DNA of 64,000 bases from Candidatus Dojkabacteria bacterium (GTDB lineage: Bacteria > Patescibacteriota > Dojkabacteria > SC72 > JAFGCJ01), in assembly GCA_016932785.1 (NCBI GenBank), contig JAFGCJ010000002.1, forward strand, positions 401,777 through 465,776. Direction: 5' to 3'. The notes beneath the pieces were generated by a model, which worked only from the letters and a program-made list of their open reading frames with translations, had not been told where the DNA came from and made no database searches. Below, in pieces: positions 46,545-56,415 of the stretch (the first letter of the stretch is position 1; every line of letters starts with the position of its first letter). Both the position numbers and the translations under genes were made by a program.

Positions 46545-47117
46545 CTACTGTGCATACCAATCGCCAGGATCGATATTTTCAACATTTTGACCGGAACTAA
46601 CCGTAACAACAATCTTCGAGTGCGATGGACAACTAGCCTCCAAACCACACGTTACAAATTCAGTATAGTAAGCCTTGTATGTATCCCCGGGAACCTGTGC
46701 ATAAACATAGTACGAACCATCTGGTACATCGATATAGTACCCATATCCAAATTGCGCTTGAGCATCAAGAAATATGTCTGTGGTGCAAGTCTCACCTCCT
46801 CCATTATTTGGCTCGGCACAGATTTTCATACCATCAGGGATTGCTTCACTAGGATAGCTCACCGAACCAGATATTCTTCCATTCTGAGGTACTGAAGTCT
46901 GATCATCGTCATCTGTTTGAGAGTCAGAATCTGTGTCCAAGTTCGTATCTTCATCAGAATCGTCCACCGTAGACTCAACGGAATCCCCACCATCATCGGA
47001 ATCTTCGGTCTCCTTCCCAAAAAGAAGAATACCTATGGTAACAGCAGATCCACATATACATAGCAGTAGAACAACTGCCAAAATAACAATTACTACTGTC
47101 TGTCCTTTCCCTTTCAT
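46545..47117 (-). CDS. Hypothetical secreted protein with an acidic linker and a Cys-containing beta-sandwich-like domain
   Basis: TM/signal VVIVILAVVLLLCICGSAV, a D/S/T-rich linker and GRISGSVSYP (carboxypeptidase-regulatory-like start). Confidence 0.45.
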   Translation of the reverse strand: MKGKGQTVVIVILAVVLLLCICGSAVTIGILLFGKETEDSDDGGDSVESTVDDSDEDTNLDTDSDSQTDDDDQTSVPQNGRISGSVSYPSEAIPDGMKICAEPNNGGGETCTTDIFLDAQAQFGYGYYIDVPDGSYYVYAQVPGDTYKAYYTEFVTCGLEASCPSHSKIVVTVSSGQNVENIDPGDWYAQ

Positions 47118-47263
47118 TTATATTTCTAATTAAATTATATCGTCAATATTAATAATAACTTAGCAAATGCAAGTAAGCAAATTTTTACTTTCCAGAGCCG
47201 AAGTCAGAAAGACAGAAACAAAAAGATGTATAATACACCAAACCAAAATCATTATTTCTGTAA

Positions 47264-48247
47264 ATGAAGATCACAGTTATAGGAGGTGGTACAGGCACCT
47301 CAGCAGTACTCAACGCAATAAAACACTATCGAGACCTAAAAATCAGTGTAATTGTGAATATGACCGACGAAGGTGGCAGCAATAAGGTCATCAGAGACGA
47401 TTTTGGACTTTTACCACTCAGTGACCTCAGAAAATCAATAATTGCATTATCCGAAGACAATCAGGACGAAATACTGAGAAAGCTCTTTATCTACAGGTTC
47501 TTAAAAGGCAAAGGCCTTTCCGGACATACTCTCGGGAACTTAATAATGACTGCACTTTCTGACATCACCGGATCAGAAACAGGTGCCATCGATGCAGTTT
47601 GCAAGATTTTTGATGTTATTGGAGATGTTATTCCTGTAACACTGGATAAGGTTAGACTTGTAGCTGAATATACTGACGGAACTAGAACAGTAGGAGAACA
47701 CCTAATAGATGAACCAAAGAATGACAAAACAATAAGTAAGTTTTATTCTACTCCTATACCAGAAGCGAACCCTAAAGCTATCAAAGCAATAGAAAAAGCA
47801 AATTTTGTAATTATAGGGCCAGGAGATCTTTATACCAGCACAATAGCAAACCTCATCACTAATGGAATACCACAGGCCCTACAAAAGACTGCCGCTAAGA
47901 AAATTTTTATTTCAAACCTAGTAACTCAAAAAGGACAGACAAGAGGTATGGAACACAACGATCTCCTCAAAACAATCGAAAACTTCTCGAAAACCAAGAT
48001 GGATTACACAATAATCAACAAAGGTAAGATTCCTCAAGAAGCATTAAAAGCATACACGAAAAGAGGAGAAACTGTTCACAAAGGAAATATAAAGTCGAAC
48101 AAGAATCTAAAGGTCATTACAGAAAATATCGTCTCACATAAGTTTCTTCCTCAGCACAAGGACGACAAGCTTAAAAGAAGTCTTGTCCGTCATGACCCAG
48201 ACAAGCTCGGCACAGTTCTCTACAGCATATTCAAGGGAATAATTTAG
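47264..48247 (+). CDS. YvcK/CofD-family (UPF0052, gluconeogenesis factor-like) protein
   Basis: KITVIGGGTGTSAVLNAIK, VNMTDEGGS, IIGPGDLYTS. Confidence 0.85.
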   Translation: MKITVIGGGTGTSAVLNAIKHYRDLKISVIVNMTDEGGSNKVIRDDFGLLPLSDLRKSIIALSEDNQDEILRKLFIYRFLKGKGLSGHTLGNLIMTALSDITGSETGAIDAVCKIFDVIGDVIPVTLDKVRLVAEYTDGTRTVGEHLIDEPKNDKTISKFYSTPIPEANPKAIKAIEKANFVIIGPGDLYTSTIANLITNGIPQALQKTAAKKIFISNLVTQKGQTRGMEHNDLLKTIENFSKTKMDYTIINKGKIPQEALKAYTKRGETVHKGNIKSNKNLKVITENIVSHKFLPQHKDDKLKRSLVRHDPDKLGTVLYSIFKGII

Positions 48248-48248
48248 A

Positions 48249-48728
48249 TCAGGAGACTCTAAGGTCGTACTTCTTTACACGATCCTCTCCTAAGACCACC
48301 TTAACCTCTGATTTAACAAACTTCATTGCTGATTCTAGATGCCCTCTTAAAGTATATCCAAGTATACGGTCTTCCTCCTCTTTCTTCTTCTTAAGCGCAA
48401 GTAGCATGTTCACAACCTCGATGGCATCTGAAAATTTTCCTGACCCAAGCTTTTCTTCAGACAAACTATCGGCTGCTGTTGCTATATTTTTAGAAACTCT
48501 TACTGTTTTACCAAGTTTCTTCAAAATACTAGACATTTTATTTTTTGAAATTGGATACCGAAGGCCCAGGCTTTCAGCATTATCAGATGGGATAGATACA
48601 ACAAGAGGATCATCAAAAAACTCGATCTTCAGATATTCCCTTTTGTCATCCTGGTCAGCCTCGAATTTGTCGACAATCTTTCCAACTCCATGTATAGGAT
48701 AGACAACAGTCTCGCGTTTCTTAAACAT
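48249..48728 (-). CDS. carD: CarD/CdnL family RNA polymerase-binding regulator
   Basis: MFKKRETVVYPIHGVGKIVD (Tudor-like RID) and a helical C-terminal domain. Confidence 0.8.
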   Translation of the reverse strand: MFKKRETVVYPIHGVGKIVDKFEADQDDKREYLKIEFFDDPLVVSIPSDNAESLGLRYPISKNKMSSILKKLGKTVRVSKNIATAADSLSEEKLGSGKFSDAIEVVNMLLALKKKKEEEDRILGYTLRGHLESAMKFVKSEVKVVLGEDRVKKYDLRVS

Positions 48729-48808
48729 AAGCAAAACACTATGATAAAGATAGTACCTACAATTATACCATAAAAACGATATTTTTTAAACCTCCACGCA
48801 GGCTGAAA

Positions 48809-50575
48809 CTACTTTACAGTGACACTTTTGGCAAGATTTCGAGGCTTGTCCGGATCATAGCCCAATTCCAGCGCCAAGAAATAAGAAACCAGCTGAAACG
48901 GTATTACATTCGATATACAACTTGCAACACCAACATCAGGAGTTGCAATAAACTCATCGAAGAGCTCATTTTCTACCTGCCCCACACCTATAAGCCATGC
49001 CCCTCTTGCCTTGACCTCTGCTGCTGCAGAGATAATATTTTCTTTTTCTTCATCCTTGCCAATCAAAACGAAAACCGGAGTCCCCTTTTCGATTAAAGCT
49101 ATTACACCATGCTTGAGTTCGCCTCCCGCAAATCCCTCAGCATGAAGGTACGATATCTCCTTTATCTTCAGAGCAGACTCCAAAGTAATATAATAATTTT
49201 GACCTCGGCCAAGAATAAATGCATGGTCAGATTTTTTTAACTTTCTCGAAAGATCGCGAATTCTCTCAAAAAGCTTATCGGAAAAATAGGACTGAAGCAT
49301 GTCAGATAGACAATAAATAGATTTTTTTGCCTCATCATATTTTCCAGCAATGGCGCAAGACACCAAAAGTGACCAGGATAGCTTTGCCGAAAAAGCCTTA
49401 GTGGAGCAAACACATATCTCTGGTCCTGATCTCACAAAAAACGGCATATCTGAAATTCTCGTCAGGGTAGAACCAAGCATATTTACAATACTCGCAACCT
49501 TTGCTCCCCTTGAGATCGCAAATTCAACCGCCTCAACAGTATCAGCCGTTTCACCACTCTGGCTATAAGCAATAATCAAATCATTCGGTGAGAATAAATC
49601 CCTATAGCTATCTACCTCATAAGATTTAAGCTCTACAGCCTTGACTCCAGCTATTTTACGTAAAAAATAGGCTGCCTGACCTGCCTCATAGCTGGCAGTA
49701 CCGGCACCAATAGTATAGACCGTAGATGATTTTTTCACGGTACCTATTAGCGGTTCCAATTCCTTCATTGAGTATTGAACCGCACTTCTTACAGTGTCTT
49801 TTTGTTCAACTATCTCCTTTAGCATAAAATGGTCATATCCACTCTTATCAACATCAACATCGAGATTCTCAAGTTCTTCAATAGTAAAATCAATTTTCTT
49901 CCCCGATTCTGCATCAAACACTGAAATCTCACCATCCTTGTATTCCACAATTTCTCCATCATTAATAAACACTACCCTACTTGTTTTATCTGCAAAAGAA
50001 AGTGTATCAGAAGCGAAAAAGTACTCACCACTACCCACCCCCACAACAAGCGGTGATCCATTTCTAACAGCAATAACATGATCGATCTTACTCGACAAAA
50101 CAACTATAGTATTTCTGCCTTCCAAATCAAGAAATGCTAACCTTACAGCTTCTCTAAGATCTGAGACTGACTTCAGTTTATCCTCAACAAGCCTCACAAT
50201 GACTTCTGTATCTGTTTCCGAAATAAATTCAAAATCCTCATTAATAAGGTTTTTCTTCAAATCCTGGTAGTTTTCTACAATACCGTTTTGAGCAAGAACA
50301 AAGCTCTTATCCGTTGAAAAATGAGGATGAGCATTCACCTCCGTAACTCCGCCATGAGTAGCCCACCTCGTATGACCAACGCCAATATGTGATTCTGGCC
50401 ACTCCCCGACATCAAGATCACCTATCGCTCCGACCTTCTTCGTTACTTCAATCTCTCCCTCTTTCACAACAGCAATACCCCAAGAGTCATAGCCTCGATA
50501 CTCAAGACGTTTCAAACCATTAACGATCTTACCTGCGGCACCGGATTTACCGACATAACCAAAAACCCCACACAT
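48809..50575 (-). CDS. glmS: Glutamine--fructose-6-phosphate aminotransferase
   Basis: MCGVFGYVG (Ntn Cys), GVGHTRWATHG, two SIS domains and the C-terminal PRNLAKSVTVK. Confidence 0.95.
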   Translation of the reverse strand: MCGVFGYVGKSGAAGKIVNGLKRLEYRGYDSWGIAVVKEGEIEVTKKVGAIGDLDVGEWPESHIGVGHTRWATHGGVTEVNAHPHFSTDKSFVLAQNGIVENYQDLKKNLINEDFEFISETDTEVIVRLVEDKLKSVSDLREAVRLAFLDLEGRNTIVVLSSKIDHVIAVRNGSPLVVGVGSGEYFFASDTLSFADKTSRVVFINDGEIVEYKDGEISVFDAESGKKIDFTIEELENLDVDVDKSGYDHFMLKEIVEQKDTVRSAVQYSMKELEPLIGTVKKSSTVYTIGAGTASYEAGQAAYFLRKIAGVKAVELKSYEVDSYRDLFSPNDLIIAYSQSGETADTVEAVEFAISRGAKVASIVNMLGSTLTRISDMPFFVRSGPEICVCSTKAFSAKLSWSLLVSCAIAGKYDEAKKSIYCLSDMLQSYFSDKLFERIRDLSRKLKKSDHAFILGRGQNYYITLESALKIKEISYLHAEGFAGGELKHGVIALIEKGTPVFVLIGKDEEKENIISAAAEVKARGAWLIGVGQVENELFDEFIATPDVGVASCISNVIPFQLVSYFLALELGYDPDKPRNLAKSVTVK

Positions 50576-50702
50576 ACTTAAACAACTAAATTTAAAAACA
50601 CTACGAAAAAAGTAAACGTTATTCTCTCACTTTTCTCACATTTTATAAATTTCAAAGAAGATCTGGTAAAATACTCAAGTCAAATCACTTCAATCTAGTA
50701 AC

Positions 50703-51566
50703 ATGACCGACAAATATACAGCAACATGGGTATCTCATTCTTCAATTAGCGACTTTCTCCAATGCCCGCGCGCGTATTACCTTAAGAATGTTTACAAGAA
50801 CCCCGAAACAGGAAACAAGATTCAAATTGCCTCACCTCCGCTGTCTCGGGGATCGGCCGTACATGAGGTAATAGAGTCACTCTCAAACCTTCCGGTTAAG
50901 AGACGATTTGAGACACCTCTGACAGAGAAATTCGACAAAATTTGGAAAAAGTACAGTGGAAAGATTGGCGGTTTCTCGAACAAGGAAACCGAAGCAAAAT
51001 ATAAGAGGAGCGGTGAAGAAATGCTTCGGAGGGTAACACAAAACCCAGGGCCTCTGCTGAAACTTGCTGTAAAAATCAAAATGGACCTTCCACATTACTG
51101 GCTTTCAGAAGAAGACGATATAATCTTGTGCGGAAAAATCGACTGGCTGGAATATGACGAAAACAATGACAGCGTAAGAATAATCGACTTCAAAACAAGC
51201 AAGCATGAGAACTCCGGTTCACTTCAACTGCCCATTTACAGTCTTCTCGCAAGCAACTGCCAAAGTCATACAGTTCAATCTGCAGCATATTGGTATATCG
51301 CAAGAAACGACAAACCAAAAAATATCAAGCTCCCAGATATAGATAAAACTCAAAAGAAGATTCTCTCTATAGCAAAAAAAATAAGACTTGCAAAACAGCT
51401 TGAAAGCTTCAGTTGTCCAAAAGACTCTGGATGCAAATCCTGCAGACCTTATGAAGCAGTACTTCGGGGAGAGGCAGAACATGTTGGTACCGACAGCATC
51501 GGAAGAGATATTTTCATTCTCGAAGGCAAAACAGAAGATCTTGAAAAAGAAAGCGTAATACTATAA
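50703..51566 (+). CDS. PD-(D/E)XK nuclease, Cas4/AddB-like with a four-Cys cluster
   Basis: N-terminal CPRAYYL, GKIDWLEY...IIDFKTSK (D...D/ExK), C-terminal CPKDSGCKSC. Confidence 0.7.
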   Translation: MTDKYTATWVSHSSISDFLQCPRAYYLKNVYKNPETGNKIQIASPPLSRGSAVHEVIESLSNLPVKRRFETPLTEKFDKIWKKYSGKIGGFSNKETEAKYKRSGEEMLRRVTQNPGPLLKLAVKIKMDLPHYWLSEEDDIILCGKIDWLEYDENNDSVRIIDFKTSKHENSGSLQLPIYSLLASNCQSHTVQSAAYWYIARNDKPKNIKLPDIDKTQKKILSIAKKIRLAKQLESFSCPKDSGCKSCRPYEAVLRGEAEHVGTDSIGRDIFILEGKTEDLEKESVIL

Positions 51567-51577
51567 GCTTGTATCGG

Positions 51578-51892
51578 ATGAAGAAAACTCAAAAACTTTT
51601 TAAAAATTTTACACACTTGTTCTATGCCTCGGGCATTATGTATGCGTTATATTTCTGGGCTACTACACCTAAAAGCAAAGACATGTTCCAACGAAGACTG
51701 TGGGCCTACGAATGCTGGCTTATTTTTACTCTCTATGGAATATTACTCTGGCTTTTCTATATAACAAATGAAAACGAAGCAAGGAAGTCTGAATCCAAGA
51801 TTATCAGATTTCTTAGGAAAAGACGTATCATACAAAGATTATTTCCCTTCATAGTAGTCCTGACAATATACACAGTCAAAGTAACTACCTGA
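51578..51892 (+). CDS. Hypothetical small membrane protein
   Basis: ATG at 51578. Three hydrophobic helices. Abuts the next ORF (TGATG). Confidence 0.4.
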   Translation: MKKTQKLFKNFTHLFYASGIMYALYFWATTPKSKDMFQRRLWAYECWLIFTLYGILLWLFYITNENEARKSESKIIRFLRKRRIIQRLFPFIVVLTIYTVKVTT

Positions 51893-52368
51893 TGAGAATT
51901 TTTAAAAGTATAATTATTAATACTCCCGCAAAGAATCTTGTACTGCTATTTTTCCAGCTAGAAAAAACTCCGGGACAATACTCAATGCCTTCTCACAAAG
52001 GTTTTACAGTTATCGAAGGCAAGCTTGATAAACCAGGATCCATAATCGAAACACAAGAAAAATTTCTCTTTTTCTTTGTGAAGGCAGAATTTATCATAAG
52101 GGACATCGACGAAACCGGACTCTTCACACTATATCTCCAAAAACCTTTAGGTTTTCTAGATGTATTAGTGAAATTCAGATCAAAGAGAATCGACACACAG
52201 CAGACACTTTTATCCATGGATATCTACCAGCCCCACAACACGAAAACACTTAAAAGAATCTTCTTCAATATCGTATTCACCCTTATTTCACCACTTATAA
52301 GAAACCAGATAGGAAAAGAGCTCATTCTTATCAAAAATCTAGCAGAATCACAGGCCAGACCCAGTTAA
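51892..52368 (+). CDS. Hypothetical protein, possibly SRPBCC/START-like
   Basis: 158 aa. The N-terminus MRIFKSIIINTPAKNLVLLF resembles the start of SRPBCC-fold proteins. Weak evidence. Confidence 0.35.
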   Translation: MRIFKSIIINTPAKNLVLLFFQLEKTPGQYSMPSHKGFTVIEGKLDKPGSIIETQEKFLFFFVKAEFIIRDIDETGLFTLYLQKPLGFLDVLVKFRSKRIDTQQTLLSMDIYQPHNTKTLKRIFFNIVFTLISPLIRNQIGKELILIKNLAESQARPS

Positions 52369-53337
52369 CTATATCATTCCCTCACCTTTAAACCACTCAT
52401 ACTGATCCTTAATAGACTCCTTCACATCTCTTGGAGAATATCCCAACTCATTAGTAGCCTTCTCGTGACTGATATTAGAATTACTCAATAAAGTCTCAAG
52501 AGAGTACGGAGTAAACTCTGGATTCTTCTTGAAAAAAGCTAAAACCCCAGCCACAAAACGGGCTATCTTGTAAGGGATAATCTTCGCCGGAGCCTTAACA
52601 CCAGAAAATTCCTCCATATATTTATAGTACTGTTTCATCGTCATCCTTTCCCCCGAAAGAATGTAGGTCTCTCCTTTACCACCCTTCTCCATTGCAGCGA
52701 TCATACCAGCAACAACGTCTCTCACGTCCACATAGTCATATGCCCCCTCCACCATAGCTGTCTGCTGTTCATTCACATAACTGATCATACTTTTTCCAAA
52801 ATACGAAGGGCGATAATCATAAGGACCAATTACTCCTGTCGGACACACTATCGTCGCGTTAAGGCCCTCTTTCACTGCTCTAAGAACAGCCATACTAGCC
52901 CTTGCCTTCGAGCGGTCATACGCACCTCTCGTACTATCCGGATTGAAAGAACAGCATTCGGTAATTACCTTCCCGCGAGGCAGCTCTTTGATCGCGTGAA
53001 TCGAACTCGTATATAAAAGCTTCCTCACATTCTTTTCTACACAGGCCTTAATTATATTCTTAGTCCCACCAATATTTATCTCGTAAACTTTCTTCTCGTT
53101 TCCGGAGGAAATCCATATAAGAGACGCAAGATGATAGACATAATCTACTCCATCCACAGCCTCCATAACTGAAGGGAAATCACGAACATCTCCTACTGAA
53201 GTTTCGTACTGAAGCCCCTTAAGGGGTGTTAGATCAGAATCCTTTCTCGTAAATATGCGAACCTTATCATTTCTGGAAATGAGTTCTCTAACAAGGACAT
53301 TTCCTATTCTGCCTGTAGCTCCTGTAACAAGAATCAT
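52369..53337 (-). CDS. NAD-dependent epimerase/dehydratase (dihydroflavonol reductase-like extended SDR)
   Basis: MILVTGATGRIGNVLVREL, YDRSKARAS (YxxxK). Confidence 0.85.
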   Translation of the reverse strand: MILVTGATGRIGNVLVRELISRNDKVRIFTRKDSDLTPLKGLQYETSVGDVRDFPSVMEAVDGVDYVYHLASLIWISSGNEKKVYEINIGGTKNIIKACVEKNVRKLLYTSSIHAIKELPRGKVITECCSFNPDSTRGAYDRSKARASMAVLRAVKEGLNATIVCPTGVIGPYDYRPSYFGKSMISYVNEQQTAMVEGAYDYVDVRDVVAGMIAAMEKGGKGETYILSGERMTMKQYYKYMEEFSGVKAPAKIIPYKIARFVAGVLAFFKKNPEFTPYSLETLLSNSNISHEKATNELGYSPRDVKESIKDQYEWFKGEGMI

Positions 53338-53430
53338 TGTGTATTAGTTAAAGGTTATCTTAGTGCATATACCTACATAATACATGAAAATATCAGAGGG
53401 ATCCCCTATGGTATCGGTAGAACCTTAAAA

Positions 53431-53505
53431 TCGGGGTGACAGGACTCGAACCTGCGACCCCACGCACCCCATGCGTGTGCTCTAAGCCAACTGAGCTACA
53501 CCCCG
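53431..53505 (-). tRNA. tRNA-Pro (anticodon GGG), CCA not encoded
   Basis: Minus strand reads CGGGGTG-TA-GCTC-AGTTGGCTTA-GAGC-A-CACGC-ATGGGGT-GCGTG-GGGTC-GCAGG-TTCGAGT-CCTGT-CACCCCG-A. G37 sits 3' of the anticodon, as expected for Pro. Confidence 0.9.
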
Positions 53506-53567
53506 AATATTTCAAGAGGATTTTACCACGAACACGTTCCAATCCAAACCTTCAACATTTCGGCCCG

Positions 53568-54599
53568 CTATCTCTTGATCTCAATAACTATCTGATTTGG
53601 CGAAGTAGTTCTGTAAATTCTATATTCTGTGCCCTTTGCCAGAATAAATTCATACACATTATCACCGCCAGATTTGCTACCCTCCACCCGCTCCACAGGT
53701 GAAGAAAGATCTGCCTCAAAAACATTATCCGATCCTAGAACAGAATCCTTTTGTACATTTCCAAACTTTACAACAATTTTCTTGTCAGCAGAAATATATT
53801 CTGCAGTTGTTGGAGGTGTAGGATTTCCAGATGCAGAAGATGTACTCCAGGTAAACTTCAATACACTACCCTCAACTCCCCATGAATACGAACCAATCCG
53901 AACATCACCGGTAGTGTTGGTACCAGTCAGTGACTGTACACCGCTAGAAAATTCTTCAGGATCCTCAACGGCTGACTCATTTTCATCCGAAGTGCCCGGA
54001 TATTTAACATCAAGAATCACAGTCAAACCTTCTCCCTGATGAAGATAGAAAGACGTATCACTATCTATTCCGATATTATAAACCTCCTCAGCTTCATTTG
54101 GAGTAACGGCATGGTAGAGCTTAACAACACCATCCTTATTTATTGTTCTCTGACCTTGATAAGGGATTCCACTACTATCACTTGTAACTCTATCCAATCT
54201 AATTTTTATATAACCGCCAGATGAAACTAATGTGGCCTCAACTTCTGCAAAATCTTCTTCGTCTGACTCAAGAACAAATTCAAACCTGTGATATCCGTCC
54301 ATCGCAGTGTCATTTATTTCCATAAGATCATACTCTGCACTATCTTTTCCGGAGGAATTTCCAACAGTCTGAGTCTGCTCGGAAAATTTAGACATATCCG
54401 TTTCCCCTGTACTTGAATCTTCAGTTTCCTCTTCTTCTGTATCTTCCTCTTCCTGAGATTCTTCATCATTCCCTTGATCTACTGATTCTTCCTGATCCTC
54501 CTTATCAATTTTCTCATTATTCCGGTAGTTCACGTATAGAAGCACTCCCCCAGTAATAACTATTGCAAAAAGAACAACTGCTATTACAATTTTTTTCAT
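53568..54599 (-). CDS. Hypothetical secreted protein with an acidic linker and two beta-sandwich-like repeats
   Basis: N-terminal TM helix and an E/D-rich linker. Two modules end in similar strands (GYIKIRLDRV and NQIVIEIKR), reminiscent of AMIN/GerMN-type domains. Confidence 0.45.
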   Translation of the reverse strand: MKKIVIAVVLFAIVITGGVLLYVNYRNNEKIDKEDQEESVDQGNDEESQEEEDTEEEETEDSSTGETDMSKFSEQTQTVGNSSGKDSAEYDLMEINDTAMDGYHRFEFVLESDEEDFAEVEATLVSSGGYIKIRLDRVTSDSSGIPYQGQRTINKDGVVKLYHAVTPNEAEEVYNIGIDSDTSFYLHQGEGLTVILDVKYPGTSDENESAVEDPEEFSSGVQSLTGTNTTGDVRIGSYSWGVEGSVLKFTWSTSSASGNPTPPTTAEYISADKKIVVKFGNVQKDSVLGSDNVFEADLSSPVERVEGSKSGGDNVYEFILAKGTEYRIYRTTSPNQIVIEIKR

Positions 54600-54634
54600 A
54601 TTAAAAAAACTAAATTTACCTATTTTAACTATAT

Positions 54635-55930
54635 CTAAATTTTAACTACTAATCCACCAATAGAAGCGCTCTTTACTTTTCCTTTAACAATTTTCCCAAT
54701 TTTTCCAGAACCGCTAATTACTTCAACATCCCTCAAGTCCTTTGTTTTTCCTGCATTACTGCTAAGCACAAGAACTTCAACTTCTTTACCTACTATTCTT
54801 TCATTTTGCTTTTTCATTATTTTTACCTGGATGCTCTCCAGTCTTTTCTTCCTACGTTTTTTTTCAGCTAAAGGAACATCATCCTTCATCAAGGCTGCTC
54901 CTGTACCCTTTCTGGGCGAAAATTCAGATATATAAATCATTCCATACCAAATCTTTTCAATGAAGGCCACGGTCTCTTCAAAATCTTCCTCAGTCTCCCC
55001 GGGAAAACCGACAATTACATCAGTACTCAGCCTTATATTAGGTAACTTCTCACTTAAATACTCGATCTTTGCCAAATAATCCAGCCAGGTATAACCACGA
55101 TTCATTTTTTCCAGAACCTTGTTTGAAGCTGACTGAATAGGAAGATTCAGATACGGACATATTTTGTCATATTTTGCCATGACATCAGCTAGCTCATCAT
55201 TAAAATCTTTCGGATGAGAGGTAAGAAATGTCAGCCAAAATTCACCACGAATTCTAGCGATCTTGGCTAGTAAATAAGAAAACCCTACGTTCTTGCCTTT
55301 TACCGTACCAGTCCAACTGTTTACATTCTGACCGAGAAGAGTAATCAATTTACATCCATTCTTAACAAGTTCTCTGACTTCTCTAACTATAGAGTTTAGT
55401 GATCTATGTTCTTCTTTTCCACGAGTATATGGGACAATACAATACGTACAGAAATTGTTACATCCTTTTGATATTGGTACAAAGGCTGCAATGGAAGATG
55501 CGTAGGATTGTTCTGCATTATCGTGGCTAAAAGAACGTTTTTTCCCGGTAGCGATTTTATATATGGACGATAGATCCCCGATGTTCACAAAATAATCTAT
55601 CCATTTAAACCTCCGCCGCATGCTCTTAAGATATTTTGGGTCATAAGCAGTTTTATCTTTACAACCCCGATCTATTCTCTGGGACATACAGCCTGTCATT
55701 ACGACCTTAAGATTTTTGTTTTTTGACTTAAGTTTCTTTATCTTTCTTCCCAGACCCGCCACTTTGTCCTCGGCCCTCTGTCTCACCGAACAGGTGTTCA
55801 GAATAATCAGATCCGAATCCTCCATTTTTTCTGACTTAATCCAACCGGCTCCTAACAAAACCGCCTCTATCTTCTCAGAATCGGCATAATTCAACTGGCA
55901 TCCCCAAGTTTTTATGTGAAATTTAGACAT
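54635..55930 (-). CDS. miaB: tRNA methylthiotransferase MiaB (radical SAM, UPF0004 plus TRAM)
   Basis: IKTWGCQLNYADSE, ILNTCSVR, CNNFCTYCIVPYTRG and a C-terminal TRAM-like GKEVEVLV. Confidence 0.8.
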   Translation of the reverse strand: MSKFHIKTWGCQLNYADSEKIEAVLLGAGWIKSEKMEDSDLIILNTCSVRQRAEDKVAGLGRKIKKLKSKNKNLKVVMTGCMSQRIDRGCKDKTAYDPKYLKSMRRRFKWIDYFVNIGDLSSIYKIATGKKRSFSHDNAEQSYASSIAAFVPISKGCNNFCTYCIVPYTRGKEEHRSLNSIVREVRELVKNGCKLITLLGQNVNSWTGTVKGKNVGFSYLLAKIARIRGEFWLTFLTSHPKDFNDELADVMAKYDKICPYLNLPIQSASNKVLEKMNRGYTWLDYLAKIEYLSEKLPNIRLSTDVIVGFPGETEEDFEETVAFIEKIWYGMIYISEFSPRKGTGAALMKDDVPLAEKKRRKKRLESIQVKIMKKQNERIVGKEVEVLVLSSNAGKTKDLRDVEVISGSGKIGKIVKGKVKSASIGGLVVKI

Positions 55931-55950
55931 ATTTGTGGTACATTATTATT

Positions 55951-56415
55951 ATGGATACAGCAATTATAGCAATAATAATAGCCGTTATACCAACGGCGCT
56001 TTCAGTCTATCTTCTATACGTAACAAACGAACAAAAGAAAAGAATAGACAACCTAACAACAGGCATCAGCGAAGGAAATCTCGAAAATATAGTACGAACA
56101 TACATAGAAAATCTCCGCAAATGTGCCTCCGACATCGACCTAATGAATCAAGAGTTCGAAAAAATACGCCAAGAGACACGCGAGTTCTTTAGAAAAATTG
56201 GGATCGTACGTTTCCAGGCGTTTAAAGATACCGGAGGAGATCAAAGTTTCGCACTCACCCTACTCGACCAGGAAAACAACGGGTTTGTAATAAGTAGTCT
56301 CTACGGAAGAGGGTTCTCCAAAATATACTTGAAACCTATTGAAAAGGGTAAGTCAGAAAAATATACACTTACAGATGAGGAACGAGAATCACTTGAAATT
56401 GCACTGAACACATGA
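55951..56415 (+). CDS. DUF4446-like membrane-anchored protein
   Basis: ATG at 55951. TM helix, then GIVRFQAFKDTGGDQSFALTLLDQENNGFVISSLYGR. Confidence 0.6.
   Translation: MDTAIIAIIIAVIPTALSVYLLYVTNEQKKRIDNLTTGISEGNLENIVRTYIENLRKCASDIDLMNQEFEKIRQETREFFRKIGIVRFQAFKDTGGDQSFALTLLDQENNGFVISSLYGRGFSKIYLKPIEKGKSEKYTLTDEERESLEIALNT

Noticed and set aside
50576-50702. Possible glmS ribozyme in the 127-bp region upstream of glmS (minus strand).
   Set aside because: The region is A/T-rich and lacks the conserved GC-rich ribozyme core and pseudoknot segments. It is also too short for the full element once a promoter is included.
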